A stretch of DNA of 64,000 nt from an uncultured Gammaproteobacteria bacterium. Lineage in GTDB: Bacteria > Patescibacteriota > Microgenomatia > UBA8517. Positions 55,050 through 63,938 of the stretch are shown here, piece after piece. The position numbers were made by a program, and so were the translations under genes. The notes beneath the pieces are model-generated. The model saw nothing but the letters and a program-made list of their open reading frames with translations, was not told where the DNA came from and searched no databases. The stretch is from NCBI GenBank assembly GCA_964599625.1, contig CAZRGC010000002.1, forward strand, positions 135,883 to 199,882. The letters run 5' to 3'. How positions within the stretch are numbered: the stretch's first letter is position 1; every line of letters begins with the position of its first letter.

Positions 55050-55145
55050 GAAGTAATTTGAAAAAATTACTTACGACGAAGGCGAAGTAATTAGAAAAAT
55101 TATTTACGTTGAAAACGAAGTAATTAGAAAAATTACTTAACAGGC
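55050..55145. repeat. three tandem ~33-bp repeats, each containing inverted repeat AAGTAATT-N6/7-AATTACTT
   Basis: gaagtaatttgaaaaaattacttacgacgaaggc / gaagtaattagaaaaattatttacgttgaaaac / gaagtaattagaaaaattacttaacaggc. Lies ~45-140 bp upstream of the paralog-4 promoter and just 3' of gene 55203-55595. Confidence 0.8.
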
Positions 55146-55180
55146 AACCAAACTTAAAAAAGTGGCTGCCTGTTAAGGCG
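55129..55180 (-). terminator. hairpin terminator 3' of 55203-55595 (cttaacaggca...tgcctgttaag)
   Basis: 11-bp perfect stem. On the minus strand the loop/stem region contains GCCACUUUUUUAAG. Confidence 0.45.
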
Positions 55181-55202
55181 CGATCATTGTCGGATGTTCC
55201 GA

Positions 55203-55595
55203 CTATGAAGGCTGTTCGTCGCTGGTGACGGGCTTCTTGGTGCGGGGCTTGCGAATGATGGTGGGCTTGCGAGCGGGTACGTCGCGAATGCCAGCCTTCT
55301 TGGCAGAGTCCTTGACCAAATTCAGAGCCGTTCCGGTTTCGACCTTGTTTTCCATCGCTTCGTAGAGCGCGCCGAGGTCGGCGACCAGTTTGCGATATTG
55401 AGCGGCGCGGGCATCGGAAGCCTCTTTGTCAGCCTTGGTGGCGTTGTACAAAGCGAGTTCGTTGATGCGGGCGGCATTGGGCAAACCGGCTTGGCGTAAC
55501 ACTTCGTCGAATGCGACTGCGTTGAACTTCTTGGCACCAGTCTTGGCGCGCAAGGTGGTCCACCACGTGCGGATAGCAATCCAAAGTCCGATCAT
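55203..55595 (-). CDS. hypothetical protein with N-terminal hydrophobic helix (GC-rich gene)
   Basis: MIGLWIAIRTWWTTL... then an Ala/Lys-rich soluble region. 130 aa. GC-rich like the paralog array. Confidence 0.45.
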   Translation of the reverse strand: MIGLWIAIRTWWTTLRAKTGAKKFNAVAFDEVLRQAGLPNAARINELALYNATKADKEASDARAAQYRKLVADLGALYEAMENKVETGTALNLVKDSAKKAGIRDVPARKPTIIRKPRTKKPVTSDEQPS

Positions 55596-55854
55596 TTCAT
55601 CCTCCGTAAAAAGGTTGATTTGAATATAATTGAGTGCAAACTAACTGCATTGCTTCTTCAGCAATGGGAACATACTAACATATCCTGTAGTATTTGTCAA
55701 GTACGACAACAACTTTTTTGCACAGAATGCCGAAAATATAAAGCAAAAACTCAGGGATGTCAAAATTTAGCCTTGTTATTGATACTTTTTGTCTGTGTTA
55801 CAATCTTTTGGGTTGCACTTTGTACAAGGAAATATATATCTAAGGAGACAGGAA

Positions 55855-56235
55855 ATGCCGAAGAAAAAGAAAAAGGACCCAGGTCTTCCCAAAGGTCCAA
55901 AAGTAACAATTTTCTTTCGTGGGGATTTGATCCAAGGGGTCAGGGCCAAAGACGGCTCGGTTTACGGCGAAAACGGTCACCGCTACCTTGCGGATGAAAC
56001 CGGTCGCTATCACTATGCCGACGGCACCCTGGAGGTAACTAGGCCCAAGTACACGATTGCCGATCTCGGGCGGTTCATATCAAGGGCCGATGGAATGTAC
56101 CAGGTTCAGGAATCAGACGGAGAGTTCAAGGCTGTAAAAGTCTTGGGTACGCCCGTACCAATTGTTTCTCTGAGTTTGGACAACATCCACCGTTACGGCC
56201 GTTATCCCGCAAGCAGAACAAAGGTGACTGGCTGA
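55855..56235 (+). CDS. hypothetical protein (Lys-rich N-terminus)
   Basis: ORF 55789..56235 started at MPKKKKKDPGLPKGPK, preceded by ggagacaggaa RBS. 126 aa. Confidence 0.45.
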   Translation: MPKKKKKDPGLPKGPKVTIFFRGDLIQGVRAKDGSVYGENGHRYLADETGRYHYADGTLEVTRPKYTIADLGRFISRADGMYQVQESDGEFKAVKVLGTPVPIVSLSLDNIHRYGRYPASRTKVTG

Positions 56236-56286
56236 TTTGCATACGGAAGGGGATCTTCACAAGAGTGGACATTCCCTTCCGAATTT

Positions 56287-56718
56287 TTAAACTTCAAGTT
56301 CTAGTATCTTGGCAATTTCTGAGGTTGAGGAAACACTTACCTTTGGAATTTCTACAACTTTTGCATTTACCTTTGTTGCATGATTCTTCTTTTTTTCAAG
56401 AATAGGGTCGCCCTGAGTTACTGCTACTACGTGTGGATAAACAGACAATACCAGTTCTTCATAATCTGAATCGGACATTTTATCTTTAAGAATAATTACT
56501 TCATTAACAAAACTTAAAGATTCAAGAATTTCCTTTCTTTGGTTTTGGTTGTGGAAAGGCCTTTTTTCTCCTTTCAACTTTTTTATGTTTGCATCCGATT
56601 CTATTGCCACAACCAAGTGGTCACCCAGTGCCTTGGCATTTTTAAGATAGTGAATGTGGCCAAAATGCAGAATATCAAAACATCCACCCGCCAAAACTAT
56701 TTTCTTTTTCATTTTCAA
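56287..56718 (-). CDS. TagD/RfaE-domain-II-like nucleotidyltransferase (cytidylyl/adenylyl-transferase, HxGH family)
   Basis: KKIVLAGGCFDILHFGHIHYLKNAKALGDHLVVAIESD (compare TagD GTFDLLHWGHIKLLERAKQLGD). 143 aa. Confidence 0.8.
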   Translation of the reverse strand: MKMKKKIVLAGGCFDILHFGHIHYLKNAKALGDHLVVAIESDANIKKLKGEKRPFHNQNQRKEILESLSFVNEVIILKDKMSDSDYEELVLSVYPHVVAVTQGDPILEKKKNHATKVNAKVVEIPKVSVSSTSEIAKILELEV

Positions 56719-56749
56719 TTAGTATAACTCCTTTTGCCTTTTTGCCCAT

Positions 56750-57898
56750 TTGTGTATTACAATCCCAAGTCTTGCCATTTGTGGGCAGCATTTTATGTTA
56801 CCTGAAAGACTAAATACAAAGGAAAAACTTCATCCCAACCAAGTCTTGAACCGTGCCATGAATTATTTCCTTTTGGAATCTATCGAAAAAGGAATCTTGC
56901 GTGGCAAAGGTGGCCCAAAAATAGTAACCGGAATTATCGAGCATTTTGCCAGAACAACGGATTTTGATTCGGGAACTTCAGACCTACCTTCAAAAGAAAT
57001 ATTTGAGGAGGATAAAAATACAATTTTGGCATTGGGAGAAGCAGCTTTCGAGGCATACTCAACCGGGAAAAGCATAAGGGAAGTTGCAAGAGGAAAGTTT
57101 GACCCAAGGCTTTTGGCGTATGCACCGCAAGCACTTTTGTTTTATTCATACCTTCCACTTTTGAGCAATCTTAAAGAAATATCTCTTGGGGAGGCGCAAT
57201 ACGGTTTGGGAAAAAAGTTCAATAGACTTCAACCCCACAACGCCTTGGCTGCCGGCGAAATGATGAAAGCGGCTTCACTCAGAGTTGCAGAATCGCTTGT
57301 GGAAGAATATAAGGACAAAGACACATCCAACTTGGCAATATTGGAATTTGGTTGCGGCAATGCTAGTTTTTCTGCGGCGGTAATCGAAGCGTTTACCAAT
57401 GCAGGACTTACTCCACCTGTGATTCTTGCAACAGATATTGATCCTGCCACTCAGATTGCGGCCCAAAAACTATTTAAGGAAAAGGGAATTTTGGACAAAC
57501 TTAAAGTGATGAAAGTTGATATGGGGGACTATGTAGATGTGGCCAAAGCCGCAAACACGCTTGAGGGCAAAGATGTCTTGGTTCATATCGGCTATATTCT
57601 TCATGAGAATAGGGAGTTGGCGGTAAATACTCTGAAAGCGCTTTCGGGAGTGTTCAAAGACAAAAAGGCTACTTTTGCATTCTCTGAATATTTTTTGCAG
57701 GACGAAGTATCAACGGAAGTACCCACTTGGTTCCAGACACTTCACCATATGACCCAAGAACTTTTCCAAAGGGAAGAGTTTATGTTGTTCAATAAACAAG
57801 AATTCCGGTTGAATCTGGTTAAAGAAGTTGCCCACAACATAAGGAGAGATAACGGTGAAGTTATAAACTCCACAACTTTTTGGTCTGTTGCTAGTTGA
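56750..57898 (+). CDS. hypothetical protein with class-I SAM-methyltransferase-like glycine motif
   Basis: ILEFGCGNASFSAAV (E/DxGxGxG motif I) followed by acidic ATDIDP (motif II-like). 382 aa. Start uncertain. Confidence 0.45.
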   Translation: MCITIPSLAICGQHFMLPERLNTKEKLHPNQVLNRAMNYFLLESIEKGILRGKGGPKIVTGIIEHFARTTDFDSGTSDLPSKEIFEEDKNTILALGEAAFEAYSTGKSIREVARGKFDPRLLAYAPQALLFYSYLPLLSNLKEISLGEAQYGLGKKFNRLQPHNALAAGEMMKAASLRVAESLVEEYKDKDTSNLAILEFGCGNASFSAAVIEAFTNAGLTPPVILATDIDPATQIAAQKLFKEKGILDKLKVMKVDMGDYVDVAKAANTLEGKDVLVHIGYILHENRELAVNTLKALSGVFKDKKATFAFSEYFLQDEVSTEVPTWFQTLHHMTQELFQREEFMLFNKQEFRLNLVKEVAHNIRRDNGEVINSTTFWSVAS

Positions 57899-57930
57899 TT
57901 TTCACAAGCTTTGGCGGCTAATATGGATAT

Positions 57931-59082
57931 ATGCTGCCCGCAAAAGAAAAACCAGAAGAAGTAAAGACTGATTCGGAGGTAAAAAAAACTTCAACCGAAT
58001 CAAAAAGTGAAACCAAAACGGTTTCAGAACCCAAAAAAGAAGTCAAAAAATCAGAGCCAAAAAATAAAGTTAAGCTTGCAATCGATTACTCCGCACTCAA
58101 GAAGTTCCGGTTGGTTGTGGTTGCTTACTCAAGTATTCAGCGCGAACACTTTGCAACAAAAGATGCCTATGAGGCAGAGATAGAAGTTGAACAAAGAGCG
58201 ATCGAGGTGTCGGAAGAAATCAGAAAATTGGGAGTTCCTGTGCGTACGCTTCCGGGGGACCAATATTTTTATACTAATTTATTAGTGGACAAACCCGACT
58301 TAGTTGTAAATTTGGTTGACACAATCAAGGGTCGCGATGTTTTGCAGACTTCAGTTCCTGCGGCACTCGAGCTTGCCAATATTCCCTATACAGGTGCAGG
58401 GATGGAAGGACTCGTAGTGGGGAACAATAGAAATCTTACCAAAAGACTTCTTATGGCTTACGATGTTCCAACGCCACCATTTCAGTTTATAAGGCGCGGT
58501 GGCACCAATATAGACGAGGACTTGGGTGTGCCCTTGATCGTTAAACTCAACGAAGGCGGGGGAAGTGTGGGAATAAATAATAATGCAGTCAAAGAATCTT
58601 CGCGCGCTGCAAAACTTAGAGCCAATAGTTTAATCTCCACCTATAAAGTTCCGATAATTGTAGAAAAATTTGTTGACGGACCCGAAGTTACAGCAGTTGT
58701 TTTTGATGACGGAATAAAAAGACATGTGTTTATGGCACAAAAGAAGTTTGGTATCAAACCCGATGGCAAACATGAATTTACAAGCATTGAATCATACAGA
58801 AACTGGAGGTCTTATAAATATGTTCCGGTTGATGAAAACAGTAAATATGAAATTACAAAACTTGCAGTAAGGGCTTTTGGAGGATTGCAACATAAAGATT
58901 ATGCAAAGTTTGATATAAGAATAGATGGAGACACTGGAATTCCATATTTTACAGACAGCAATCCCAACACAGCATTTGGTCCGGACAAAGGTTTGCCTAT
59001 GACAGAGGTGTTGGGAATGAATGGAGTTGATTTTTCCGATGTTTTGGCAAGTCTGCTTTCAAAATACGCCAAAGATCTCTAA
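57931..59082 (+). CDS. D-alanine--D-alanine-ligase-family ATP-grasp enzyme with Lys/Glu-rich N-terminal extension
   Basis: After ~50 aa of low complexity (KTDSEVKKTSTESKSETK...): VKLAIDYSALKKFRLVVVAYSS, GAGMEGLVVGNNRNLTKRLLMAYDVPTPPFQFI, PLIVKLNEGGGSVGI, KFDIRIDGDTGIPYFTDSNPN follow the Ddl-like ATP-grasp order. 383 aa. Confidence 0.65.
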   Translation: MLPAKEKPEEVKTDSEVKKTSTESKSETKTVSEPKKEVKKSEPKNKVKLAIDYSALKKFRLVVVAYSSIQREHFATKDAYEAEIEVEQRAIEVSEEIRKLGVPVRTLPGDQYFYTNLLVDKPDLVVNLVDTIKGRDVLQTSVPAALELANIPYTGAGMEGLVVGNNRNLTKRLLMAYDVPTPPFQFIRRGGTNIDEDLGVPLIVKLNEGGGSVGINNNAVKESSRAAKLRANSLISTYKVPIIVEKFVDGPEVTAVVFDDGIKRHVFMAQKKFGIKPDGKHEFTSIESYRNWRSYKYVPVDENSKYEITKLAVRAFGGLQHKDYAKFDIRIDGDTGIPYFTDSNPNTAFGPDKGLPMTEVLGMNGVDFSDVLASLLSKYAKDL

Positions 59083-59136
59083 AATCCCCAAACCTCGGTC
59101 AATTGGACAAAGACAGCCTCTATTCGTATAATTGCC

Positions 59137-59832
59137 TTGCCCGCTGTCAGGCAGGGCCCCAATATGGTACTTGAGAAAAACCCCAAAACCAGGCACCTGG
59201 TCAAAAAGATATTAGAGGCTGAGGATCACATCAAAGGCAAGCCTTTTCCCTCCATGCGGAGAGTGAGGCAAGTGTCCAAATCAACCTGTGGCCCGGCAAC
59301 TCTGGAAATGCTATTTTCTTTTGTTGGTGCTAGAGTTAGTCAACGAAATTTGATCAAACTTGGCAATTTATCCCGAAAAATAGACCTTTATGGTTTAAAC
59401 ATAAACGATATGGCCAAAGCCGCGAACGCCTTTGGTAAGAAAAATTTCTCCTTTTGGCGCAAACAAAACTCTACAATGTCCGACCTGGATAGGGTGATTA
59501 ACAAATACCATTTTCCTGTTGGGGTGGAATGGCAGGGTGTCTTTTACGAGAACGAGGATGAGGATTCGGGACACTATGGAGTTGTCACCAAGGTGGACAA
59601 AAAGCGTGATTCGATGAGAATAGCAGACCCATTCTTTAATGGCTACTTTGACTTCAAAGGAACCGACAGAAAGTTCAAGCTTAGCGAATTCAAAAAGAGA
59701 TGGTGGGATGTAAACGAAATCAAAGTTACAGGCAGCAAAAAAACCAGAACAATTAAAGACGTTAGGGTTATGTTTATTATTACTCCAAAGGGCGACGTCT
59801 GGCCTGAGAGCCTGGGGATGGTTAAGATTTAG
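59137..59832 (+). CDS. papain-fold C39-like / BtrH-like cysteine peptidase-domain protein
   Basis: QVSKSTCGPATLEMLFSFVG (Q...C-G-P-A motif with catalytic Cys) and later DSGHYGVVTKVD (catalytic His). 231 aa. Confidence 0.55.
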   Translation: MPAVRQGPNMVLEKNPKTRHLVKKILEAEDHIKGKPFPSMRRVRQVSKSTCGPATLEMLFSFVGARVSQRNLIKLGNLSRKIDLYGLNINDMAKAANAFGKKNFSFWRKQNSTMSDLDRVINKYHFPVGVEWQGVFYENEDEDSGHYGVVTKVDKKRDSMRIADPFFNGYFDFKGTDRKFKLSEFKKRWWDVNEIKVTGSKKTRTIKDVRVMFIITPKGDVWPESLGMVKI

Positions 59833-60754
59833 TTTTGTCTATTATCCAACTTCCGAATTTTCTTCCTTTGGCATTTTCTTTATAAAGAATTAAAAATGCA
59901 TTTATGTTCCAATCCCACAGTTTCCTAATTGCGGAGCCTCCCCCGAAGTTTACCAATGCAGGGCAACCAAAGGCTTCGTGATTATCTCTGGGCATGAGCG
60001 GCCTTTTGAGCTCTTTTTGGTCAGAAGCTTCTTTTACCCCAGGTTTGAAAACAAGCGCAAGCCCGTTATTTCTTTTTTCAAAAGTGTGATCTTTGGGGTC
60101 GGATCCCATTTCAAAAATATGTCTGTGATCAGAGGCTCTGGAAGCAATGTATGGCCAGGAATTTTCAGCAATAGTTTTAAACTCTTCGACTGTTAACTCT
60201 TTTCCGGGGAATTCCCGTTCGTAGATCTCGATTATATTTTCGAGTGTCCAGTTTAGTACATAAGTGGCAGTATTAAGGCCTGCATAAATGTTGATAATAG
60301 CGTCGGTGGAGGAAGCTAGGTTGTTTTGTGCAAAGTTGTAGAGATCGACATATCTTTTGTAAACCAAAACAATCGGATCTTTTGAACCTGATTTGGCTTT
60401 ATTGCCAAGGTCTTCCCACAACATGCTTTGAGATATGGAAAGTGAGTCTTTCATTGCCCGCCTCAGTTCTTGCGTATCTTCGAGATTCTCAACGGGGGTG
60501 CCTTTATGGCCAATCAAACCATAGGGAGGGTTTTTGCCGATACTTTCGACTGCCAAGTTTACAACCTGGTCAGCCAAAACTGCGCTAAGCTGGTAGCCTT
60601 CCTCAACATGCTTTTCCCAATAAGCTTCGGCTTCTTGGTCTGTGAATTTGGAACCCGCCTTTTTACCCTTTTCTTTTTGAGGGCCGTTTCCTGCAATACT
60701 GCGTGCGCCGGGGGAGATATTGTGACGGGTGAAAATAAGTTTTTCTTTATCCAT
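59822..60754 (-). CDS. hypothetical protein
   Basis: 310-aa ORF with no motif. Convergent overlap with the previous gene. Confidence 0.45.
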   Translation of the reverse strand: MDKEKLIFTRHNISPGARSIAGNGPQKEKGKKAGSKFTDQEAEAYWEKHVEEGYQLSAVLADQVVNLAVESIGKNPPYGLIGHKGTPVENLEDTQELRRAMKDSLSISQSMLWEDLGNKAKSGSKDPIVLVYKRYVDLYNFAQNNLASSTDAIINIYAGLNTATYVLNWTLENIIEIYEREFPGKELTVEEFKTIAENSWPYIASRASDHRHIFEMGSDPKDHTFEKRNNGLALVFKPGVKEASDQKELKRPLMPRDNHEAFGCPALVNFGGGSAIRKLWDWNINAFLILYKENAKGRKFGSWIIDKTKS

Positions 60755-60876
60755 CCGCGGAGTTTATCAAAAAGTGGTCACAAACACAAACTATAAGATA
60801 ATTTTTTAATCAAAAAAATCGGAGTGTGAAATTTTATTATTTTCCACACCCCGATGTGATAGTTTTCCGATTTACC

Positions 60877-61404
60877 TCATCTATCGATTACTGTTGCGCG
60901 TATTGTGCTTTTATTGCAGTCGTCTTGGTCGAAAACCGCATCTATTCGGACGATAACAGAGTCAAAGGTATGAGTAACGCTTTGTTTGGACGACATTCCG
61001 CCAAATGGGACTCTGTCAACTTCGATTATTCTTCCGCGGACCACATATACAATGTTTGCGAGCCAATAATGTCTCGTTTCATAACTGCAAAAGTCCGGGT
61101 GCACCAGAGCAACACCCCAGCCGTAGTTGGGAGTTGTAAAAGAGTTGGTATCGGTAAGAAGGGCGCGATCGGTGTTTGTATGGGATTCAAGAATCAAACC
61201 CGTAGCGTTTTGCTGTTTTGCGGTAAGACTTAATAAAAGTGCATCGTTCAAGTTTTTGGGAACCGCATTTGATTGTTCGGGTACCACTACTGTTTCCGTT
61301 TCGGCGTTTGCAATGCCGATGGGGTTAACGAATAGCGTAAGTGTAACAATCGCAGCAAAAAAGACGGCTCGAAGGTGTTGCAAAAGTGTTGCAACCTTGT
61401 TCAT
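60877..61404 (-). CDS. secreted hypothetical protein
   Basis: Signal peptide MNKVATLLQHLRAVFFAAIVTLTLFVNPIGIANA. 175 aa. Confidence 0.45.
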   Translation of the reverse strand: MNKVATLLQHLRAVFFAAIVTLTLFVNPIGIANAETETVVVPEQSNAVPKNLNDALLLSLTAKQQNATGLILESHTNTDRALLTDTNSFTTPNYGWGVALVHPDFCSYETRHYWLANIVYVVRGRIIEVDRVPFGGMSSKQSVTHTFDSVIVRIDAVFDQDDCNKSTIRATVIDR

Positions 61405-61550
61405 ATTCTTCTCCTTCTGGAGAAAGCCTCTCCTCTTTGTTTTTTTAGCCTAAAAAGTACTATATAGACAGACTAAAAAGTATATGCGAGTTTAAGTGTT
61501 GTGCGCAATAATTAATTGACAACCTATAGCCATGGTGATACCATTCCGGC

Positions 61551-62087
61551 ATGGAAAGAGATGCTTGGTTGGAGAAGTATTCGCAAGGCGCCAAACTCAA
61601 CTATGAGGCGGCTTTGGAATTTGGCAAAAGATGGGCAGATAGGATTGAAGCTGCTAACTCCATTTTAGAAAAAAAGATCCCTCACATGGCCAAAACCCTC
61701 AAAGACGAGAACTTCGAGGTTCAGCATGTCAAGACTACCGGTAGACCGGGTAATATTTCTGAATTTGCAGCGGTGGTAATTATTGGTAAAGGCGCCCAAA
61801 GGGAAATTTATGGGGTGCATTATTCCGATGAAGCTTATGCATCAATTGGTGTCAAAAAGGGTTTTACGGTCAGGGTTTGTCTGAAACCTTCGGAATATAC
61901 AAATGTAATAAGTTTTGCAGGTAAACCCGACATGTGGCAGGAGATGGGGAGTAGAACTCATAAATTTATGGAAGCGGTTGGATTGGTGCTTGATAACAGA
62001 CTCCCGATGCTTACAGAAGAACCGCACAGTGTAGACTTTAATCAAGTGATGGCCGTTTTGGAAGGCCAGGTTGGAAAACTTCCTTAG
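61551..62087 (+). CDS. hypothetical protein
   Basis: 178-aa ORF. Confidence 0.4.
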   Translation: MERDAWLEKYSQGAKLNYEAALEFGKRWADRIEAANSILEKKIPHMAKTLKDENFEVQHVKTTGRPGNISEFAAVVIIGKGAQREIYGVHYSDEAYASIGVKKGFTVRVCLKPSEYTNVISFAGKPDMWQEMGSRTHKFMEAVGLVLDNRLPMLTEEPHSVDFNQVMAVLEGQVGKLP

Positions 62088-62090
62088 AAT

Positions 62091-62561
62091 TCAAAATTCT
62101 TTTTCAAACTTGTATTTCCCACCAAAGGGCTTGTTGTTAATTTGGTCGTGAGCCTCAATTAATTTTCCGATTTCTTCTTCTGTTCCTGTAAAAAGAATAT
62201 GTTCGTAGGGTTCCCTGATGTGGTCAAAAGCGGCATATCCGCCATCTATTATTACGGCCGGCATTACATGGACGGGTGGTTTGTGTGCCCTGAAAAAACC
62301 ATCGGCATCCTTTTCTCTTAGTGCTGCCGCGGTAAATTCTACACACCCTTGCTCTGTTCTTCGGTACTCGTAAGCACGTTTCAAAAGATCGTCAGTTATG
62401 GGTAGTTTTCCAACAGCAAGTATGGTCTCCTGTTTGTATTCGTGAACTTTTGCTCCGTCCAACTTGAGGAGCGCTTCTTTTTCCGATGTTATTCTTTCGG
62501 TCATGGGTAGATTATACAACTTGGCTTGCAGGCCAGTGTATAATCCCGCTATGGATTCCAA
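62091..62561 (-). CDS. hypothetical protein
   Basis: 156-aa ORF. Its 5' end overlaps the divergent gene start at 62551, so the true start may be the Met at 62504. Confidence 0.35.
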   Translation of the reverse strand: MESIAGLYTGLQAKLYNLPMTERITSEKEALLKLDGAKVHEYKQETILAVGKLPITDDLLKRAYEYRRTEQGCVEFTAAALREKDADGFFRAHKPPVHVMPAVIIDGGYAAFDHIREPYEHILFTGTEEEIGKLIEAHDQINNKPFGGKYKFEKEF

Positions 62562-63060
62562 AAAGGAATGGGCAATAAAGGCGCTTCAGGAAGATAACTT
62601 CGGTTTTTTGGATAGAGACTATGTGGAAGCTTTGGCTAACGAAACATTGCCAAAGTATTACCACGACATATTTGGATTCTTTAGACTTCATTCGGACGAT
62701 CTTCCCAAAAAAGGTTTGGTTGGGGAGTGGCACCCTCACTATCCGCTTATGAAATGTCGAGGGAATGTGATTATTGGAATTTCTTTGAGCTTGAGGGGTG
62801 CGGTTACTGACGGTGTTTTTACAGAACCCGACGATTTATCTGTGGTGGAATACTTCAGGAATTACAATTGGACTTTTCAGACAGGTGCAAAGGGTGAAGT
62901 GTGGACTTCCAGGTATGAAATTGAGTTTATAAATACCACACTGGATTTTGCGATGAGTAGAATTAGAGAAAGGTATGGTGTGAAACACGATCAGGAATCA
63001 GTTCAAAAAAAGTTTTTTGACGAGCTTAAAAGGAGAAGGGAAAGCTATCCAAAAACTTAA
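62551..63060 (+). CDS. hypothetical protein
   Basis: ORF 62464..63060 started at MDSKKEWAIK. A TATAAT hexamer lies 7 bp upstream of the ATG. Confidence 0.4.
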   Translation: MDSKKEWAIKALQEDNFGFLDRDYVEALANETLPKYYHDIFGFFRLHSDDLPKKGLVGEWHPHYPLMKCRGNVIIGISLSLRGAVTDGVFTEPDDLSVVEYFRNYNWTFQTGAKGEVWTSRYEIEFINTTLDFAMSRIRERYGVKHDQESVQKKFFDELKRRRESYPKT

Positions 63061-63575
63061 CGCCTTCTTCGGCTTCTGTGTCCGCCCAGACCCGGTATAA
63101 CAGATCTGGATCTTCTGGAGTCACGTTTTTTTCTGCTTTCCATTCGCGCTCCGTTGGCCTTTGCAAAAATGGCAGCCTCCTGTGGTTCGTATTTTCTGTG
63201 TCTGCAAGTTGGGTTTCCCGCATAAGTTTTCAGAAATTCCAAATGCATTTCGTTAGCGGTACTTCTGGCTTTCCTTTTTAAATCAGAATAATCATCCGGA
63301 GATATATCAAAATGCTCTGCATAACCTCTATCTATTTTTGACTGCACACTTGGTAGATAAAGATCGTCGGTTGGGCAATAAAGTGGATTGTTTTTTACCT
63401 TTTCAATAGTTTCACTTTCGAGGTAAGCGTTGGCTTTGTCTAGTTTGGTCTGGTATATTCTGGCACGGCCTTCCGCGGTCCAACCCATTTGGTCGGCAAA
63501 TTCCTTGATTGCTTCTAGTGGTCTAAATCTTTCCGGCATAGCGGTATTTGTAATCTTTAATTGGAAAAATGTCAA
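63057..63575 (-). CDS. hypothetical protein
   Basis: 172-aa ORF with an Arg-rich C-terminus. Confidence 0.4.
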   Translation of the reverse strand: MTFFQLKITNTAMPERFRPLEAIKEFADQMGWTAEGRARIYQTKLDKANAYLESETIEKVKNNPLYCPTDDLYLPSVQSKIDRGYAEHFDISPDDYSDLKRKARSTANEMHLEFLKTYAGNPTCRHRKYEPQEAAIFAKANGARMESRKKRDSRRSRSVIPGLGGHRSRRRR

Positions 63576-63596
63576 TGTTTGGCAAACTTAGCTTAT

Positions 63597-63938
63597 TTAT
63601 TTGAAGTACTCTAAAGATAGTTTTTCAAATTTTTCATCCAGACTTTTTAGTTGTTTGTGGATATTTTGTAGGGTTTGCTTAAGCTCGGGTTTAAGTCTGA
63701 AGTCTATTACATTGCTTATTTCAGCATACTGTTGCAACAGTAAATGTCTTCTGTTTTCGATTCCGTTTCTAATAAATTGGAATTGAATATGTTTACTCAA
63801 AGTCAGCCATTCCGGAAAAGTAGATAAATAGCTTGGGTCATATTCGCCCATGTCCACAGCTTTCTGAAGAGTCATGGTTGGAGAGGGTTTACCGGGTTTT
63901 GATCCTTTTATGTTCTCGCCAAATTCATCCTGGTCCAT
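63597..63938 (-). CDS. hypothetical protein
   Basis: 113-aa ORF. Confidence 0.35.
   Translation of the reverse strand: MDQDEFGENIKGSKPGKPSPTMTLQKAVDMGEYDPSYLSTFPEWLTLSKHIQFQFIRNGIENRRHLLLQQYAEISNVIDFRLKPELKQTLQNIHKQLKSLDEKFEKLSLEYFK

Larger units (their letters stand above)
52560..55600. other. GC-rich (~50-55%) compositional island containing the tandem paralog array
   Basis: Visibly higher G+C and a GC-rich third-position codon bias across 52604-55595, compared with ~40% in the flanks. Confidence 0.6.

Noticed and set aside
52649-55056. Plus-strand ORFs (52649-53023, 53363-53666, 53826-54374, 54490-55056) antisense to the paralog array
   Set aside because: The minus-strand frames carry the conserved family motif across diverged DNA, strong RBSs and promoters. 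The plus-strand frames are shadows produced by the GC-rich composition.
55050-55145. Possible CRISPR array
   Set aside because: There are only three units, the repeats are AT-rich palindromes with 1-2 mismatches, and they directly abut with no unique spacers. No cas genes are nearby.
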